A stretch of 64,000 nt of DNA from Verrucomicrobiia bacterium (GTDB lineage: Bacteria > Verrucomicrobiota > Verrucomicrobiia > Limisphaerales > UBA8199): NCBI GenBank assembly GCA_035294005.1, contig DATGLT010000406.1, forward strand, positions 332 to 64,331, given 5' to 3'. Positions 9,614 through 22,096 of the stretch are shown here, piece by piece. A program made the translations under genes and the position numbers. The notes beneath the pieces are model-generated. The model searched no databases. It was not told where the DNA came from and saw only the letters and a list, made by a program, of their open reading frames with translations. Position 1 is the first letter of the stretch, and every line of letters starts with the position of its first letter.

Positions 9614-10415
9614 CCCTTTAGTTGGACTCCAAGATATGAAGCGTTCAAGGCGCGGGTGGGGTCGCAGCTGATTGACGGCCAGCAATCCGGGATTTGCAGA
9701 GAAAATGAAGGTTGCTGAAAAGCTCAGCCGAAGGTATCGGCACACCCTCAAAGAATTAGCTGATTATCCGCTCGCTAAGCGGGCCTGCAGTTAGGTCTCA
9801 CGCGCGGTTCACTCTTCTTCGCTTTTCCCGCCAAACACTCCTCCGAGTGGGGAGCGTTCAGGGATAAACGACTGGCGTCAAAGTCGACCCTGTCATCCAG
9901 CGCCAGAGTAAGCGACTGAATCAGAACCAGTTGGGCCTGCATCCGACCCCGTTCCCTGCGGTTATGGGTGACCGGGCACACTGCTGGCTTCTCTTGCTGT
10001 TGGAAGATCATCCTGACGAAAGGATAGCGATCCCAGCCAGGAGCGCCAGCTATTTAAGGATCGATCTGTTTGGCGGTTTCAGTCCGCGTCTAGACGGAAG
10101 TATTTCACGCAAAGCCGCGAAGACGCAAAGAGGTCGGAGTTATTGGGCGGGGGCGTTGGTGAGGAGCTCGGGGGCGATACATCAAACTGTGTTGGAGGCT
10201 TGGAGTGGTATTCCTCGTTGTGCAAGGCGTTCAGGGCAAGCAGCAGTTGGTCCCTGCGTTTTCCCAGTTGGAAGGATGTGATCAGTAGTGAGGTAATCAA
10301 AACAACAGCTCTGGTTTGGCGGACTGTTCGACGTCTCGGTTGTTGTAAAAGGCAAGGCTCCGGGACCCAGGTGGTTGAGGTTCACAGCCGAACCCGCAGG
10401 GTTCGCAGCGAGTAG

Positions 10416-10450
10416 CCGTGGGTCAGGCGACTTGGTCGCTTGACCCACGG
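10416..10450. other. Long near-perfect hairpin (15-bp stem)
   Basis: CCGTGGGTCAGGCGA-cttgg-TCGCTTGACCCACGG, with one G.T wobble. It lies just downstream (minus sense) of the RND-operon terminator. Confidence 0.6.
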
Positions 10451-10460
10451 AATCGCGCCG

Positions 10461-10489
10461 AAAAAATCATTGCATCCCGCCAGGGATGC
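10461..10489 (-). terminator. Rho-independent terminator of the RND operon
   Basis: Stem GCATCCC/GGGATGC (10472-10489, 4-nt loop). On the minus strand it is followed by AATGATTTTTT. It sits ~35 nt after the last ORF. Confidence 0.55.
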
Positions 10490-10523
10490 CAGCAGAAAAA
10501 TCCCCGCCGCGGCCAAACTCGTC

Positions 10524-10745
10524 CTAGGGACACCCTCCTCCCGCAAAGAATTCGGTGACGTAGTACGCGCAGGTGCCGAAAAACCCGAGGGCGTCACGTG
10601 ACTCGTCGGAAATTGCCAAGCCGCCTTCGTGTTCGGGCGGGGAACTGGCAGCGCTGGGCTTGAGGGAGGCGCACCCTCCGCAAAGAAGCAACCAGGCCAG
10701 TAACCAGGAGAATAGACCAAAATGGCAACGCTTTGTCGCAAACAT
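10524..10745 (-). CDS. Possible small secreted or lipoprotein (hypothetical)
   Basis: 73 aa. KR-containing n-region, hydrophobic core and LLLCGGCAS (an imperfect lipobox). Co-directional, 128 nt after the RND gene. No family recognised. Confidence 0.3.
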   Translation of the reverse strand: MFATKRCHFGLFSWLLAWLLLCGGCASLKPSAASSPPEHEGGLAISDESRDALGFFGTCAYYVTEFFAGGGCP

Positions 10746-10873
10746 AACGGCCCGCTATTTCCCGATCCTCGACCCGAGCACCGGAATAGTCAACCGATTT
10801 GAACGGACCCCGATTTGAATGAACCCGAAGATTTGAGCTGTGGTTGTTATGAACACTATCCGTGACCTGATTG

Positions 10874-14178
<3,305 letters not shown>

Positions 14179-14179
<1 letters not shown>

Positions 14180-15198
14180 CACCTGGCCTCCACGGGTTGC
14201 CCATCGGCCAGCAGGGCGGCTCCCCGGACCACGACGGGCTCACCGGCATTAACTCCGGCGAGAATCTCAACCTCGTCGCCAATCGTTCTGCCAGTTTTTA
14301 CCAAGTGCAGTTGCGCTCGCTGGTTGGTGACCACAAACAGGATTTCCAGTTGTCCTCTCACGACTACTGCGGAGGCGGGCACTCGCACCGAATTGCTGTC
14401 TCCAACCGACACAATCAGTCGGGCAAACTGGCCGGACCTCAGGCCTGCGGCTTGGGGTAAGTCGAGTTTGACTCGAAACGTGCGGCTGGTCGGGTCGGCA
14501 GTTGGCGCTATCTCCATTACAGTGCCGGCCAACTCACCCTTTACGGAATCAACTTGAACGGGTAGGCGGGCACTCGGTTGAATCCGCGAGGCGATGGACT
14601 CAGGCACATCGGCCTCCAACTGAAGCATTGATGGGTCTTCGATGCCGATTAACGGTTTTCCAGGAACGGCGAGGTCGCCCACATCAGCCCATTTCTTTGT
14701 CACCATGCCATCAAAGGGAGCCCGGATTTCAACATAGCCCATCATCGCCTGAGCTTCGGCCATCGCTGCTTTGGCCCCGCGGTAACGTGCGTCGGCGGCG
14801 TCGTAATCCGATCTCGTGGCGGCCTGTTGGTCAAAGAGCGCAGCGGTGCGTTTCCAGTCGCGCTCGGCTTGTTGCAGGCCCGCTTCAGCCTGTTCCATGC
14901 GCGCTTTAATTTCTGCCGCGTCCAGGCGGGCAACCAACTGTCCGGCCTTGACGGGCTGGCCGAGCAGGACCGGCATTTTGTCGATCCTCCCGCTCAGCTT
15001 GGCTTCCAGCGTCGCACGCAGCTTTGCCTGCACGGTGCCGGGTACCTCCTCGGTTGTGGGTCGCTGCTTGTTTTCAGCGGTTTGAACCTGAACCTGCGCT
15101 TTTGCCAGGTCGGGCTGTGAGGCGGGATGTGGGTCGGGGGTGCGGCTGCATCCGGGTAAGAGAAGCGTCGCTAAAGCCAGTGCAAAGGGTGCTTTCAT
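14179..15198 (-). CDS. RND periplasmic adaptor (membrane fusion protein), lipoprotein
   Basis: Lipobox LLLPGCS, a coiled-coil hairpin region ([23 protein letters not shown]) and a beta-barrel C-terminus. Sits between the TolC and RND genes. Confidence 0.9.
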
Positions 15199-15210
15199 TT
15201 TGTTTCAGAG

Positions 15211-16527
15211 TTAGCCTTTGGAGTCCAATTGGGGCAAAGCGAGCGCCTTGCGCAGTGCCGCGACAGCGATTTGCTGGTCAGCTTCGGCCTGGGCACGGCG
15301 CACCCGCGCCGCAACTACCGCCGTCTCCGAATCGATTAGCTGCGTGGACAGGGCCGCCCCCTGCTCGAAACGGGCGCGGGTCAAACCGGCGCTTTCGGAC
15401 GCTTGCGCCACCGCCTGTTCCGTCACGCTGAGCCGCTCGTTGGCCGCCTTCAAATCCAGCCGCGCCTGCTCAACCTCCAGGTCGAGAGCGAGTCGAACTT
15501 TGCGTTGTTCTTCGCGGGCAACTTCCAGGTTGGCGTTGGCCTCGTGAACCTTGGCCCGGGTCAGCCGGCCATCCCACAGATCCCATTGCAGGAGCGCGCC
15601 GGCGGTATAGCTGCGCCCCCCGTTCTCATACTTCCAGCCGTAGCTGTAATCGAAGCTGCCGAAGGCATCCACTCGCGGCAAGTAACCGCCCTTAGCGACG
15701 CGCACTTGCTGTTGTGCCGCGCGTTCTCGTTGCCCGGCCGCGGCCAGTTCGGCACGCCGGGAAAAGTCGCCCGAATCCGGAGCCGTCACTTTGGGCGCGC
15801 TATCAGCGACCGCGAAATCGCCGCCCTCGATGCCCAGCAGGTTGCGCAGCGCGCGCTCCGCCAGGGTGTTTGCGTTACGGGCCCGGATGAGGTCCTCGCG
15901 GGATTGAGCAAACCGAACCTCGATGTCAAGCAGGTCGCTTTTAAGCAGGGCGCCTCCATCGAACCGGTGCTGAGCGACTTTGAGGTTGCCTTCGAAGGAG
16001 CTGACCGCCGCTTCGGTTGCCCGGATGAATTGGCGCGTTTTGAGCACGGTGTAAAACGCACGCGAAACCTCAAACCCGAGGGCGTTCCGGATTGCTTCAG
16101 CTTCCTGGCGGGAAGCTTCCTTGTTGGCTTTCGCGGCTTCGTGTCCGGCTTTGCTCTTTCCGCCCGCGTAAAGTGGAACCGTGACCAGGCCCCTGGCGTT
16201 GAGGTTATCCACAGAAGGGAGGTCATTGAAATTGGGAGGCGAATTGTAGTTGTATGCCCGTTCGTTCAGGATGCTCCCAAAGGCCAGCATTGGGTTGTCG
16301 GTGCCAGTATAGCTGGACTGGAACTGCAGGCGGGGCCAGAACGCCGCATTGGCCTGCTCTAATACGCCCTGGGCCGCAGCGATGCGCAGTCGGGCCGACT
16401 GCGCATCCGGGTTGTGGGCCAAGGCATACTCGAGGCTACGTTCCAAGGTCCACGGCTCGGCGCCTCGCACAGTGCTGTCAACCAGCATGGCTCCAATAAG
16501 AGCGACAATCCACGTGTGGTATCTCAT
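15211..16527 (-). CDS. TolC-family outer-membrane efflux protein
   Basis: Signal peptide MRYHTWIVALIGAMLVDSTVRGAEP and two repeated OEP halves with long coiled-coil segments. ATG 16527 is preferred over the track start at 16797. Confidence 0.9.
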   Translation of the reverse strand: MRYHTWIVALIGAMLVDSTVRGAEPWTLERSLEYALAHNPDAQSARLRIAAAQGVLEQANAAFWPRLQFQSSYTGTDNPMLAFGSILNERAYNYNSPPNFNDLPSVDNLNARGLVTVPLYAGGKSKAGHEAAKANKEASRQEAEAIRNALGFEVSRAFYTVLKTRQFIRATEAAVSSFEGNLKVAQHRFDGGALLKSDLLDIEVRFAQSREDLIRARNANTLAERALRNLLGIEGGDFAVADSAPKVTAPDSGDFSRRAELAAAGQRERAAQQQVRVAKGGYLPRVDAFGSFDYSYGWKYENGGRSYTAGALLQWDLWDGRLTRAKVHEANANLEVAREEQRKVRLALDLEVEQARLDLKAANERLSVTEQAVAQASESAGLTRARFEQGAALSTQLIDSETAVVAARVRRAQAEADQQIAVAALRKALALPQLDSKG

Positions 16528-16591
16528 AGGTTCAGATTCTTTGGGCTGGGACTGGGCCTGGCTGCCCAGCCCTGTTTTGCCGTCCCCGGGT

Positions 16592-16819
16592 CTATTTTGC
16601 GCAGCAGGACTTGGCAGCCTTCTCTGCTGCACAACAAGATCCGCCCACTCCCAGTTTGCGCAGGATGATTTCCAAGGGGCAGAAGTTGGTGAAGGAGGAC
16701 TGCAGCAGATTAAATCCGACGAAAGCCGTGAACCAAAGCCAATTGGGACTGTGATAACGCGCCAGCGCCAGGCTGAGGAGGATAAAAGTGCCGGCAAATC
16801 TACGAATGATCATTTCCAT
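16592..16819 (-). CDS. DUF2892/YgaP-like small inner-membrane protein with a Cys-rich tail
   Basis: 75 aa, two TM helices, conserved FCPL motif (SSFTNFCPLEIILRKLG), then GGSCCAAEKAAKSCCAK at the C-terminus. Confidence 0.7.
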   Translation of the reverse strand: MEMIIRRFAGTFILLSLALARYHSPNWLWFTAFVGFNLLQSSFTNFCPLEIILRKLGVGGSCCAAEKAAKSCCAK

Positions 16820-16837
16820 AAGCGTATCCTTCTGAGT

Positions 16838-16999
16838 TCAATGAAAACTGCCCGCCAAAAGCGCCCCCACCACCATTCCATAGAGGCTGCTGACAATCGG
16901 ATTGCTCGTTAACGGGCAAGTGCCAGTCGAACAGCCCCAAAACTTGTAACAGGCAAAGCCAAGGGTTCCGCCAGCAAGAGCTCCGGAAACGATGCGCAC
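16838..16999 (-). CDS. 53-aa membrane miniprotein with a GCSTGTCP motif (DUF6132-like); absent from the ORF track because it is under 60 aa
   Basis: My own translation: (GTG)RIVSGALAGGTLGFACYKFWGCSTGTCPLTSNPIVSSLYGMVVGALLAGSFH*. An in-frame stop lies 13 codons upstream of the GTG. The ORF ends 19 nt before the DUF2892 ATG. The pattern G-rich helix / CxxGxC / SNP / G-rich helix matches my memory of the DUF6132 family. Confidence 0.5.
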   Translation of the reverse strand: MRIVSGALAGGTLGFACYKFWGCSTGTCPLTSNPIVSSLYGMVVGALLAGSFH

Positions 17000-17322
17000 A
17001 ATCAGGGTTTTGGGTCTCTCACATGTTCGATTTGTCTGTCACTGCTAGAACCGAGCCACGAACGGGCAAAAGGTTACACGGACCCCGAGGCTGGATCTGC
17101 GGCACCTTGCTTTGGTGTGACGGTCGGATCGGACGGCTCTTGAAGGCGCGCAGGGTAAACCTCATCCGGCGTAAGAGATGAACTTCCCCTTTCGACAGCG
17201 GTTACTTCCTTGCGGGTTCGGCTGCATCATCGAGACACCGGTGGGGGACCGGCCGTTACTCCTCTGATGACAATATGTTTTGGCTGCCTGGACCTTTCAG
17301 GGCTTTGTTTGCGCGCTGGCAG

Positions 17323-17571
17323 TCACCGATCTCCGGTGTGCGTTTCTTTCCATCGCTGCCGCAGTGCCGTGTGCAGCCGCTGGCGGAATTCGCCGGGTAA
17401 TTTGTAGGGTTGCCCCTCTTTGTAGAGCGTGATCGTCTTTCGGATGTTGTCGACGACGATTTGGCATGGATTACAGCCGGCCATATGTTTCTCGAACTCC
17501 TCGCACACGGCCGGGTCAACCGTGCCATCCACGTATTCGTTTAAATACTTTAGCAGTTCTTCGCACTTCAT
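17323..17571 (-). CDS. Soluble zinc-binding anti-sigma factor (ZAS), RsrA-like redox sensor
   Basis: 82 aa with no TM segment. Has HMAGCNPC = HxxxCxxC, plus Cys3 located 25 residues before the His (C-x25-H-x3-C-x2-C, the same geometry as the RsrA ligands). Directly downstream of the ECF sigma gene. Confidence 0.85.
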   Translation of the reverse strand: MKCEELLKYLNEYVDGTVDPAVCEEFEKHMAGCNPCQIVVDNIRKTITLYKEGQPYKLPGEFRQRLHTALRQRWKETHTGDR

Positions 17572-17655
17572 GGCTTTTGAATCCTCTAAAACTGAGCCCT
17601 GTCTGATGCAAAAGTTACAGGGATGAATTCTCGACCGCCTTTGGCTTGGAACAAC

Positions 17656-18303
17656 TCAGTGCCCATGGTCGTGTGCCGGTGTTACGCGCCGAGCAGGGTC
17701 GCCCAGCGTGCGGGTCAGCAGTTCCCGAAGTTGTAGACGGGCGCGCAGCAGCCGCACCTTCGTATTGGCCTCGCTTAAACCCAAGGCCTCCGCAGTTTCT
17801 TTGACTGAAAGTCCCTCGACGTCACGCAGTAGAAAAACCAATCGGTGCTTCTCATCCAACTGGATCAGTGCTTCATCGAGCAATTGCTTGATCTCGTGCT
17901 GATGCACCAATTCCTCGGGAGATTGCCGCCAATCGGCAATGTATTCCGGGTGAGGAACCGCATCGGAATCGTTTGTCCCTTCGGTCGCTGCATCGAGGGA
18001 AATCGTCTCCAGGCCTTTCCGCTTGCGAATAATCTTCAGGGCGGCATGAGCCGCGATGCGTAGCAGCCAGGTGGAAAAACTAGCCTCGCCCCGGAATCCG
18101 TCCAGATTCTCGAGAGCGCTTAGAAAGGTTTGCTGGGTGACATCTTCGGCGTCCTGCTCCTGACGAAGCATTCGTAACGCAAGCGAATAGATACGCTGCT
18201 CATAACGGTTCGTCAGTGCCTCAAACGCGTCCAAATCGCCCTTTTTGGCCGATTCAACGAGCTCCGCCTCCGGCATCATAAGAGGTATCGCTTCGTTCGT
18301 CAT
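17656..18303 (-). CDS. ECF-type RNA polymerase sigma factor
   Basis: Region 2 (FEALTNRYEQRIYSLALRMLRQEQDAEDVTQQTFL) and region 4 HTH (LSVKETAEALGLSEANTKVRLLRAR). ATG 18303 is preferred over the track start at 18378. Confidence 0.9.
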   Translation of the reverse strand: MTNEAIPLMMPEAELVESAKKGDLDAFEALTNRYEQRIYSLALRMLRQEQDAEDVTQQTFLSALENLDGFRGEASFSTWLLRIAAHAALKIIRKRKGLETISLDAATEGTNDSDAVPHPEYIADWRQSPEELVHQHEIKQLLDEALIQLDEKHRLVFLLRDVEGLSVKETAEALGLSEANTKVRLLRARLQLRELLTRTLGDPARRVTPAHDHGH

Positions 18304-18551
18304 TTGCCTGAAAACACTGGCTTCAGCGGGCCCGCAATTGGGAACCTCTCGGCTCCTAACTCGGATCGACATGGTCACTGGCGGGACTCAGCAGTGCGTC
18401 TGGTCCGCCTCGTCGGAATATTCGGAATCGCCGGCCCTGCCTGACGCAGTCTAACAGAGCGCCCGTTTGCTCGTGTAGGTTTTTACGCATGGCGGACGCT
18501 ATGGTCAAAACAGACACCAAAATAGTGTCGCCGTCAATCTCGTTGGAGCCT

Positions 18552-18935
18552 TTATCGGCAAAAGACAATGTTAGCGACTCGCCATCCTTCCGGCGTCCGC
18601 TCCAAGAGCACGTGAAAGTGACATTGGCGGTGATCGTCATGGTAGTTCAAGCGCGCACTGGCTTTCGATCTGGCTTCGATGTGCGCCGAGGAATTTGTCA
18701 GCATGTCGCTTTTTAGAATCATACTCATCAGGTTTGTCTCCGAACCCGGCGCTGCGGAGTGGAGAGCGCTCGTGAACATTTGGCGATCCCCTTGCTGCGC
18801 ATGATAAAAGATGTTGGTAGAGAGGTCCTCGATTGTTCGGCCTTCAAAGGTTCGTTGCGACTGAGGCCCCGCGGCAAGCATGAGGCTGGCGCCGGCCAGA
18901 GAGGTGCAAATAAACGCATAGGTCAATATTTTCAT
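18552..18935 (-). CDS. Secreted hypothetical protein
   Basis: Signal peptide MKILTYAFICTSLAGASLMLAAG. The C-terminal HVLLERTPEGWRVANIVF resembles the last strand of NTF2/DUF4878-like folds. No confident family assignment. Confidence 0.45.
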   Translation of the reverse strand: MKILTYAFICTSLAGASLMLAAGPQSQRTFEGRTIEDLSTNIFYHAQQGDRQMFTSALHSAAPGSETNLMSMILKSDMLTNSSAHIEARSKASARLNYHDDHRQCHFHVLLERTPEGWRVANIVFCR

Positions 18936-19201
18936 GGAGGGATTAGACGGAATAGCTCCTTAAATGCTCCCGTGCTTTCCTGAGCCTAGGGCCCTTGAGT
19001 GCAGTGCTGAAACATCCCTTTGGACCCGCGTCCGAGTTCAAGTCGTACCCGCTACCTGAAACCGAGCAAGCTGTCTCCGGGGCGCGGACCTGCGGTTGGG
19101 TTGATGCGCCGTCAAAATAGACACCCAGACTCTCCGACAACGCAACTGTCCCCTGACGGTGCGGACGGCATTGACCCTGAGGTTACGTTAGCTACATCAG
19201 A

Positions 19202-19531
19202 CTAAAGTAACTTCTCCACGACAAAACCGTGCATTAAAGCGATCTTTGCTGCCGTGGAAAAGTCGATGAATTCATCGGCATGTTTGAACACGCGCAACTT
19301 CAGTAGTTCCGCGACCACTTGGAAAGGCTTTACTTCAAGAAGTTCGGCCAGTTCTCGGACTTCAATGTAGTCCGGGACGAATATCCGTTTTCCCGGCTCA
19401 CCAGGTTCGAAGAGATCGAGCGCCGTGAGTTTGGGCGGCCTGGGTGGCGGCTGTGGCGGGCCGCCCGCAAAAGCCGGTTGTGTTTCCGGGGCTTTGTCGG
19501 GTGGCGGTGTGAAGTCATAGCCGCTTTCCAT
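19202..19531 (-). CDS. Small protein with an IF-2 N-terminal-type (IF2_N) domain after a Pro-rich segment
   Basis: IEVRELAELLEVKPFQVVAELLKLRVFKHADEFIDFSTAAKIALMHGF matches the IF2_N pattern (I.V.ELA..L.v....vi..L...g.......ld...a..ia...g). Confidence 0.5.
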   Translation of the reverse strand: MESGYDFTPPPDKAPETQPAFAGGPPQPPPRPPKLTALDLFEPGEPGKRIFVPDYIEVRELAELLEVKPFQVVAELLKLRVFKHADEFIDFSTAAKIALMHGFVVEKLL

Positions 19532-19631
19532 TAGCTACTCACCTTTGGCCCGGTCGGGCCGAGGCGGATAAAGTGCGTGTTTCGGAATCCTCGGATCCAT
19601 TTGGTCCCATTTGAACATCATGACGGGTTCC

Positions 19632-19659
19632 GCCGAGCATTCGTAACGAATGGCTCGGC
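19632..19659. other. Intergenic stem-loop
   Basis: GCCGAGCATTCG-taa-CGAATGGCTCGGC: 12 bp with one bulge. It lies between the YkoF-like stop and the IF2_N-like start. No U-tract on either strand. Confidence 0.5.
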
Positions 19660-19695
19660 AAACACTACCGCCAGTAAGAGGAAGCCTCGGGACAG

Positions 19696-20001
19696 TCATT
19701 GTGAGCTCATCTTCTTCTGAACGCTTCTGGTCTTCTCATCCATGGTCTGGGTCCGGTCATTTCGGGTCCCGACCTTCATCACCGTGAAAATCCTTGGAGC
19801 TCCTTTTTCATGAACAACCTCGTGACACCGGCGAACGGCGGCAAATACCTTGTCCCATTCCCCTTCGATGTTCGTGCCATTGGCATGCAGCACCGTTTTC
19901 AATCCGGCTTCGGCCAGCACCTTCTCGCAGGCGGCCACGTACGAGGACAAAGAAACTCCCACGCCGATTGGGACTACGCATAAATCAACGATCACGTTCA
20001 T
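19696..20001 (-). CDS. MTH1187/YkoF-family (UPF0045) thiamine-binding-fold protein
   Basis: 101 aa. VDLCVVPIGVGVSLSSYVAACEKVL...HANGTNIEGEWDKVFAAVRRCHE...RIFTVMKVGTRNDR follows the family consensus. Confidence 0.8.
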   Translation of the reverse strand: MNVIVDLCVVPIGVGVSLSSYVAACEKVLAEAGLKTVLHANGTNIEGEWDKVFAAVRRCHEVVHEKGAPRIFTVMKVGTRNDRTQTMDEKTRSVQKKMSSQ

Positions 20002-20286
20002 GTTAACTAACTATACGTGAGCCACTTTTTGCGGAGTGTCCAGCCCCCTTTATGGCCGGAGGCGTTTAATACGGTCGAGCGAGCCGCCCCACCCGTCAGC
20101 CAGGACGCCATTGGTTGCCGATTTGGCTTTTCCAAAAAGTGTAGTAAATTTAAAGTAAGAATGATGTGGTGTTTGTTCCGCTAATGGTGTGTCGCGCCAT
20201 TTTGCCGGAGCAACAAAGGTCAAAGCTTGAATACCATGTCATGAGACGGCCTCAAAAACGAATGCCGAAGGAACCGGAGGAATCAT

Positions 20287-21021
20287 ATGCTCTCGAACAT
20301 CGCTTACGAAAAGTGTTTGTCCTTCATCAATATTCAATTGCGTCCCGCTGACGCACCGAAACCATCATTGCCCGACTTAATCCGCCCGGTGATCACAATT
20401 TCGCGGATGACCGGTTCCGGAGGCCGCACTATTGCGCTGGAGTTGGCCGATTATCTGCAGACCAAGGTGCCCACGGATTGCCACTGGACAGTGTTCGATC
20501 GCAATTTGATTGAGCGAGTGCTGGAGGATCATGCGCTTCCGCGGAGATTTGCTGCCCATATGCCGGAGTCGCGCATCCCAGCGTGGGCGGACGCTTTTGA
20601 GGAGATGTTGGGTCTGCACCCGGATTCATGGTCACTGGTTGAAAAAACGGCCCAAACCATTTCACGCCTGGCACAATTGGGCTATGTCATCATTGTAGGG
20701 CGAGGCGCTAATCTCATCACCCGGGAACTCAAAAGCGCCTTTCACGTGCGGTTGATCGGTTCCCTGGAGCAGCGCGCCCGGCGGGTGGAGCACATTTTCG
20801 GATTCAGCCCCCGGGAAGCTCTGCGCTTCATTCAGAAGGAAGACAGTGGCCGCGCCCGTTACCTGAAGCAGTTCTTCGGCAAGGAAATTGATGATCCCTT
20901 GCTCTATCACGTCCTCATCAACACCGATCTGACCGCCTACTCGGAAATCGCGCGGTGGATTGGTGATGAGGTGATTTCGCGGTTCCACATGAAGGCGGAG
21001 TTGCCCGCCAAGGCTGCGTGA
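20287..21021 (+). CDS. Cytidylate-kinase-like family P-loop protein
   Basis: ITISRMTGSGGRTIALELADYL is the family's characteristic degenerate P-loop. GGAGG lies 6 nt upstream of the ATG. Confidence 0.7.
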   Translation: MLSNIAYEKCLSFINIQLRPADAPKPSLPDLIRPVITISRMTGSGGRTIALELADYLQTKVPTDCHWTVFDRNLIERVLEDHALPRRFAAHMPESRIPAWADAFEEMLGLHPDSWSLVEKTAQTISRLAQLGYVIIVGRGANLITRELKSAFHVRLIGSLEQRARRVEHIFGFSPREALRFIQKEDSGRARYLKQFFGKEIDDPLLYHVLINTDLTAYSEIARWIGDEVISRFHMKAELPAKAA

Positions 21022-21707
21022 CGCGAAGAACTGCCAGTTCAAAACAAGGTAACAAACGTCCGTTGGCTCTGTAAAACGGTGGTTGGGGTATCGGAAGCGT
21101 GGTTGAGCTTACAAGGTACCTAACGGGATTTTGAAGGTTCGACTTTCCGCAACGGTCACTGAAAGCCCCATAAAGCGAACGTGTGCTGTGGAACAACGGT
21201 TTACAATTACGAGGGAATTGGAATGAGGTTTGCATTGCGACGATGCATGAGTTTCGCATCTGACAAACCTCAGCAGCGACAGAGGCACCACATATGCACG
21301 TGCGGCCTTTGCCGAAGCATTTCATCTCCGGCCAGGAGCTTCGTAAGGCCGGCAGTAAACAATCGGAGAACCACCGCCACCCACATACAATCTCCATCTC
21401 AGATCGGGAAGCCGCTGGGATTACTCGGAACAGAGGAGTACTGGCACGGTGTGGGATTGCTTTGGGCTTTCACTTACCCTGGACCCGGGCCGCTGAGAGG
21501 TCTGACGTTCTATGTTCCAGCCGGGGCAAGCTTCGAACACATTGCGAGTCGATGGTCCGAGAAACAGGCGCTCTCTGGTATCGACGAGTAGACAACCAGC
21601 TGCGGCGTCAGCGACGAGGACGGTTCATCGGCCCCAAACGGGTGCCTTAATTTTTTGTATTTCCAGCCCCGGCCGAAGGACATTTCAGTGAGGTCAGTGT
21701 CTGTTGT

Positions 21708-22094
21708 CTAGCGGACTGCCGCCGATCCCGCGGACCTGGTGTCCGCAACGGGCAGCTGGTCACCGGCGCCAAGGTCCCGAATCAATTTCTGAAATTCCGG
21801 ATTCCGCCGTAGTTCTGCTGCGGCCATTTGTTTGAGGCGATCAACTGTTGGCGCAGGAAGTTGAAGCCGGGTCGGAACGGAATTGAAAAACCGACGGTCC
21901 GATTCATCGGCCAATTCGTTGAAATGCAGCTCGATGGTATAAGTGCTGATCTCGGCAGGTTCAGACGTGTCACCTTGCATTCGAGTGGCTCGCTCTCGAG
22001 AGAGGCGCGCGATCACTTCCCGGAACAATTCGAGCGTTTCGAACGAGTAATGGCTAACCGCAGCGCCGCTCACTGAGCCGAGCAAAGCTCCCAA
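21708..22094 (-). pseudogene. Probable remnant: C-terminal region of a patatin-like phospholipase without the catalytic domain
   Basis: FNSVPTRLQLPAPTVDRLKQMAAAELRRNPEFQKLIRDLG resembles the conserved C-terminal tail (LPTSF.L....VDRL.......L...PEFQ.LL.DLG) of a proteobacterial patatin-like family. There is no GxSxG or DGG region. The only start is a TTG 3 nt after the MFS stop. Confidence 0.35.
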
Positions 22095-22096
22095 AC

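Noticed and set aside
10382-10741. 119-aa ORF whose 3' part reads ...AAAGIFLLASLAGCNDFF (a perfect lipobox) across 10450-10510
   Set aside because: No plausible start with a charged n-region exists. The lipobox codons coincide with the GC hairpin and the T-run of the terminator, so I judged this a coincidence. It remains a minor alternative.
18356-18640. 94-aa minus-strand ORF overlapping the 3' end of 18552-18935 and the 5' end of the sigma gene
   Set aside because: It overlaps two better-supported genes in other frames. Its tail (RRFRIFRRGGP...) is not protein-like. A frameshifted fusion with 18552-18935 cannot be fully excluded.
20002-20160. TPP riboswitch upstream of the YkoF-like thiamine-binding-fold gene
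   Set aside because: The minus-strand leader lacks the conserved CUGAGA and ACCUGAUCUGGAUAAUGCCAGCG-type elements.
21130-21150. tRNA T-arm-like GGTTCGACT and an RNase-P-like GGAAAGTCG (minus strand) in the non-coding stretch
   Set aside because: The flanks do not form a T-stem or acceptor stem, and none of the other conserved RNase P or tmRNA blocks are present.
21443-21461. Sigma-54-like TGGCAC...TTGC
   Set aside because: The GG-to-GC spacing is 4 nt too long for a -24/-12 promoter, and no gene lies downstream.
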